Positions 58,316 to 64,000 of a stretch of DNA of 64,000 nucleotides are shown one piece after another. Positions within the stretch are counted from its first letter, which is position 1; the number at the start of each line of letters is the position of its first letter. The stretch is from Octopus vulgaris (Eukaryota): the NCBI GenBank assembly GCA_951406725.2, contig OX597824.1, forward strand, positions 68,882,001 to 68,946,000, in the 5' to 3' direction. The notes beneath the pieces were generated by a model, which saw only the letters and a list, made by a program, of their open reading frames with translations, made no database searches and was not told where the DNA came from. The translations under genes and the position numbers were made by a program.

Positions 58316-58659
58316 CATTTCCCAAATTTTTTTGTACGTCACTGCACGTGTTGTCAACTGTACACGAATGGCCACTTCATACCACATGTAGTCTAAGCAT
58401 TTAATAAGCAAAGAATGACTACGTGATTAAGTATCTTCATAGCAGCTTGGCTTGCTTATATGGAAATAATCGTGTCTGTGGCTTTCGACTGGTTAAATTA
58501 CTCAAAAGTTGCAAACTTTAAAAGCTATTAACACTTTATTGCTTTATGGCGAAAATGAATTTCATGCCAGTGGTTACCATACAAAACTACATAATTACAC
58601 CAAATAGGAAATTAATTGGAAAAAAATTTGAAGAAATTGAAAAGGGGCAGCCAAACAGA

Positions 58660-58785
58660 AAAGATCCGAAAGAAATTAGGACCCGGCTAACCATGGCGAG
58701 AACGTCTATCGTAAAGCTTTACATTTAGAGTAGCAAATGCGTTCCAAGTTAAAAACAAGGCTAACGCAACCGCCGTTTGTATGTC
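58660..58785 (+). pseudogene. RTE LINE ORF2 fragment
   Basis: KEIRTRLTMARTSIVKL...SKLKTRL resembles RTE 'EI..RI.MA..AF..L..IW.....KLK.RL'. Confidence 0.55.
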
Positions 58786-58852
58786 GTTTGTTTTTTACCA
58801 TACATGTTTCATTTATTATGTGTGTGTGTGTGTGTGTTTGTGTGTGTGTTTG

Positions 58853-58910
<58 letters not shown>

Positions 58911-58919
58911 TGTATGCAA

Positions 58920-59097
58920 ATATTCTTTTCTACTCTAGGCACAGGGCCCGAAATTTTTGGGGAGGCGGGGCAGTCGATTAGATCTATTCCAGTACGCAAC
59001 TGGTACTTAATTTATCGACCCCGAAAGGATGAAAGGCAAAGTCGACTTTGGTGGAATTTAAACTCAGAATGTAAAGACAGACGAGATACCGCTAAAA
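58920..59097 (-). mobile_element. SINE family A (another copy at 61028-61243, minus strand)
   Basis: Reverse-complement core and B-box. Confidence 0.82.
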
Positions 59098-59385
59098 GCA
59101 GTTTGGGGGATACAAACAGTATCGGACAGTCGTACAAAGCTATGAGTTGAGTTACTACATTTGTAGGATGCGCTTAGTAGCGTAAATGAATATATTCTTG
59201 TCAGTGCCCCTGGTGCTTTAACACCAGATGCATAGTATATTCGGTAAGAAGATTGCTTCCCAAACACATGGTTCAGGGCTCAGTCTTACTGCGTGGCACC
59301 TTGGTCGAGCGTCTTCAACTATTGCCTCGAGCCGATCAAAGCCTTGTGAATGGAATTGGTAGACGTAAACTGAAAGAAGCCAGTC

Positions 59386-59541
<156 letters not shown>

Positions 59542-59631
59542 GAAATATGTTTCAAAAAGAGAATAGAAACTACACGTGGAAAAGATATGGGGAAAGTAAG
59601 GAGAAAAAAGCGAAAATGCACATTGAATATA

Positions 59632-59679
<48 letters not shown>

Positions 59680-59745
59680 ATACATATACATATATATTCA
59701 TACACATATATATAGATCTATCTATCTATCTATATATATATATGA

Positions 59746-59794
<49 letters not shown>

Positions 59795-59831
59795 AATATA
59801 TATATATATATGTGTGTGTGTATGTATGTAT

Positions 59832-59887
<56 letters not shown>

Positions 59888-61759
59888 CTTTTTGGTATTC
59901 AATGTGCATTTTCGCTTTTTTTGTTCTTACTTTCCCCATATCTTTTCTACGCGTAGTTTCTATTCTCTTTTTGAAACATATTTCTGTCATATTATATATA
60001 TATATATATATATCTATATATATATATACGTATATAGTGGGGAGAGAAAGAGAAAGACAGAGATAGAGAGAGCAAACACTGGCTTTTAAAAAAATTTCTG
60101 TCATTTCTGTTTTTATACGCGTTTTTGTTTATTTTTATTTATTTTTCCTTTCATTTATTGTTTTGTTCTGTTCAGATCATTGTATTTATCGACCGATTAT
60201 TTTGAATTTGTGGTTAATTACGTCGTTTCGCTTATTTTTTCTTTTTCTTTTTTTTTTTTCTGATGTAACTATGATATGGAAATGAAGTGATAATAGCATC
60301 TTGGACGAAGCACTATATTTCTGAAAATACAAGTTCATCTGGTAACTGGACATAAACCTGATGAGTCGATATTTTTGTGGTATTAGTACAATGTGGTATT
60401 AGTACTTACTTATGTCATGTACTGTTACACATATACATTAATAATGGAGCAATACACTACTGATAAGATATCAAGGAAACTATTCTATTATTCTATTATT
60501 TGTCTCAGTCATTTAGTTGCGGCTAAGCTGGAGCACCGCTTTAAGAGATTTTAGTTGAACAAATCGACACCAGGACTTATTTGTGAAGCCTAGTACTTCT
60601 CGCTTTCTTCTACCAAACTGCTAGGCTATGGGGACGTAAACACTCCAGCATCGGTTGTCAAGTAGTGATGGAGGAAGAAATACAGACACACACATACACA
60701 CATACACTCACTCACACACCACTCACCTGGCAAAAAGGAATAGTATCTCTATTTCAAAGGGCCAGCCTTTTCACACTATGTGTCACGCTGGATCTCTCTA
60801 AGAACTGTTAAGAGTACACGTGTCTGCGGAGTGCTCAGCCACTTGCACATTAATTTCACGGGCAGGCTGTTCCGTTGAATACACACACACACACACACTC
60901 ATACACATATTTACATGATTGCCTATAACATGTGTACATATATATAAATATGTACATATGAGTTATATGTATGTACATGCACACGTACACACCAAACACA
61001 TGCGCGCGCAAACATACATGCACTTATATTGGTTTCACATTTTTGCACAAGGCCAGTAATATCGGGGGATGTGGTAAGTCGATTACATCGACCTCAGTGC
61101 TCAACTGTTACTTATTTTTTCTACTGAGAAAGGACGAATAGCAAAATCGACCTCGGCGGCATTTGAACTCAGAACGAAAAAACGGACGAAAAGGCCTCTG
61201 AGCATTTTTCCCGGCGTGCTAACGATTCTGCCGACTCGTCGCTCTGTATACACATAAGCAGTATTAACAGGGAGTTGAATTCTAATTTACAGTGAACGAT
61301 ACGGGTACTTTTAGTAAGTGCTGAATATTCCGCTTTTTGCCGACAAGTTTCGACGTCAGATGACTCTTCAGGATCTGTGCTAAAAGGTACATTTTAACTT
61401 AGTTGGCTTTACAACAACTTAGATGAAGAGTCACTTTATAACAAAATTGGCTGTTGTTATGCGAGGGCAGCATTTTACAAACATAGACGCCATGAAAGGA
61501 CTCAGAGCACAGCCAACGAAAATAGTTATGCAAGGGACAGCTCCCACCTTATGCAAAAGCCTATTGCCTCAATAGCCTAGCTCAAATTCATCAGTCTACA
61601 CACAAAACACACATACCGTATACTGTAACCATTTAATAATCTAAGACACATCTTGCCCAACATATATACTTAACAAGATCAATACCCATTCAAATAAGAC
61701 AACTGCCATAACACACACACACACACACACACACACCACACACAGACACACACACATGG

Positions 61760-61796
<37 letters not shown>

Positions 61797-61797
61797 C

Positions 61798-61836
<39 letters not shown>

Positions 61837-61958
61837 AATGGTGAAATAAAGAAGAAACACAATGTTGCCGATATCTCACGAACACAGATGCGCCAAGTGG
61901 TTCATGTGAATTTCGAGAAAACGATCATGGTGATGATGATAATGATGATGATGGTAAC

Positions 61959-61994
<36 letters not shown>

Positions 61995-62001
61995 AATGAT
62001 G

Positions 62002-62079
<78 letters not shown>

Positions 62080-62081
<2 letters not shown>

Positions 62082-62597
62082 GATCTTAACTGATTGGAAG
62101 TGTTATCATGTACATTGTTTTGTCTTGGTATAAAAGATGGGCTATAGCAAATATTCTGCTCAATACCACAGATTCGCTTGTCAGTTGTTTGACCTTAATC
62201 AGTTGACCATGTCCCTTAGTGGCTGACGATATGTGCATCTCTCATCATAAGCAGAAGTAGTGGGGGAGCATCATAGCCGTTTGTTGAAAGGAATTCTTTG
62301 GGGTTTTATTAATTCACCTTTAGAAACGTAGGTGGTTTGTTCAACATCCTTAAACAATCTTTATTCAGGGACCTTTTCAGCGGGATAGGTTACTCGACCA
62401 GAAGAAAATTCTAACTGGACACCACCTGCAAGGTCATGTGCTGTTTATCTTGATATGAGATCACCATGTCGCGTACATATGGTTGTGATGCATGTGCCTG
62501 CTGTACCCTTATTAGACAGGTAGTCATGATGGGTATACTGGGCTTTGTATATTTTAACCCAGTGTCACTTTGATGGCATGCACTGCTCTGTCACTCA
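62080..62597 (+). mobile_element. Non-coding insert between (TAA)n tracts, probably a retroelement 3' region
   Basis: Complex sequence flanked on both sides by TAA repeats and ending ...cactcAATAATAAT. Confidence 0.45.
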
Positions 62598-62617
62598 ATA
62601 ATAATAATGGTAATAAT

Positions 62618-62908
<291 letters not shown>

Positions 62909-63009
62909 GGCTGCCCAGAGCAAGTGAACACCAAATATATAGTGCGTGTATTTTCATTGTCTACATTGGCAACTTGACCATCTCCAAATACAACAATATA
63001 TATACATAC

Positions 63010-63075
<66 letters not shown>

Positions 63076-63094
63076 GCAAAAAACTCAAATCTGT

Positions 63095-63405
63095 CGGTCA
63101 CGGATAACCATGGGGGCACCTAAGGGGTTTCCTTCCTGGGCAGAAAGTCGCCTCACCGGTGAACGGTCAACCTAGGGTTGTTTTTATGGAAGACCAGAAG
63201 TCGCCTATGCATACCAGCTTCCCCTCTCCACACCACCAGTGTTATCCAAGGGAAAGGCAAATGCCGATGCAGCTTGGCACCAGGGACGTTGTTACTCATT
63301 TCTACAGCTGAGTGAACTGGAGCAACGTGAAATAAAATGTCTTGCTCAAGAACACAACCGCACGATCGTAAGCTCGACGCTCTAACCACTGAACCAAGAG
63401 CCTTC
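63095..63405 (-). mobile_element. SINE family C
   Basis: Reverse complement of 55477-55806. Confidence 0.8.
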
Positions 63406-63454
63406 ATATATATATATATATACATATATTCATATATATATATATATATATATA

Positions 63455-63554
63455 TATAACGGAAAGCTTTATGAAAATAAACAAAAGACAAAGGCAGGTG
63501 GAATACAAACAAACAATTGTATTAGTATGGCGCTCAGGAATATAAATAAAACAA

Positions 63555-63585
<31 letters not shown>

Positions 63586-63795
63586 TGTATCTCTAGCCAC
63601 TAAGCCTTTTTCTATTTTCTTTCCCTGTTTATTTCTGTATTCCTTTCTGTCGAAGACCGTAGGCTCGAACTGTAAAAGACTTTCTCACCTCCAGAGCGTT
63701 AAACTAATACATATGTTTGTTGTTTACACAACCCGTCTTCGTCTTTTGTTTGTTTGTTTTTTTTTTGTTTTTTGTTTTTTTGTAAATTCTCACTA
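63455..63795. mobile_element. (TA)n-embedded Penelope-type element with inverted ends (family also at 48985-49075 and 56070-56280)
   Basis: 'aacaaaagac..ag.caggtg..acaaac...tgtattagt...cgctc' present in both orientations. Confidence 0.55.
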
Positions 63796-63821
63796 TATAT
63801 ATATTTGTATTTATGTTCTAT

Positions 63822-63895
63822 CTGAGTATATTCCATTGATGAAGGCAGAGAATTTCTTATGCAGAGCCAGAAATCCGGGATCTGGAATTATTCAG
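63822..63895 (+). ncRNA. Degenerate type I hammerhead-like fold with extended stem I
   Basis: cugagua-u-auucca / uggaau-uauucag (13 bp, one bulge); UUGAUGA; a-ggc...gcc-a; GAAA; uccggga; UC site. Confidence 0.55.
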
Positions 63896-64000
63896 TAATG
63901 TTTTTACTAGTTTATTTAGTCGCTTTGTCTTCTTTCCTGGTGCTGTATGAACATTTAATGTGGTTTTAGAGTCAAGTTCTAACTGCTATTTCCAGCCTGG

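Noticed and set aside
61340-61378. Minus-strand CUGAAGA-guca..ugac-guc-GAAA-cuug-UC hammerhead-like string (similar weak case at ~31315-31352)
   Set aside because: Stem I does not pair and stem II is out of register; too degenerate to call

Overview
Eukaryotic, extremely repeat-rich, gene-poor DNA. The SINE repertoire and the dense (TA)n/(CA)n/(GATA)n/(CATA)n/(TAA)n tracts suggest an octopus (cephalopod) genome; this is inferred from remembered repeat families, not a database search. No host protein-coding gene is confidently recognisable, and almost all ORFs in the track are microsatellite translations. Supported content: five SINE families (four with tRNA-type heads), fragments of RTE, CR1-like, Tx1/L1-like, Dong/R4-like and Penelope retrotransposons, several Tc1/mariner/pogo remnants, a non-autonomous Helitron, and a few candidate promoters/exons. 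The most interesting signal is a set of small non-coding elements, mostly in (TA)n, carrying hammerhead-ribozyme folds. One has a canonical core (41841-41886) and several share a variant CCGA core. One is a 481-bp monomer with a 30-bp terminal redundancy (32396-32906) that resembles a reverse-transcribed circular RNA (retrozyme-like). Also notable: SINE multimers with an invariant 184-bp unit and junction (one trimer inside a single TSD), and retroelement clades that appear to partition different microsatellites as insertion targets.
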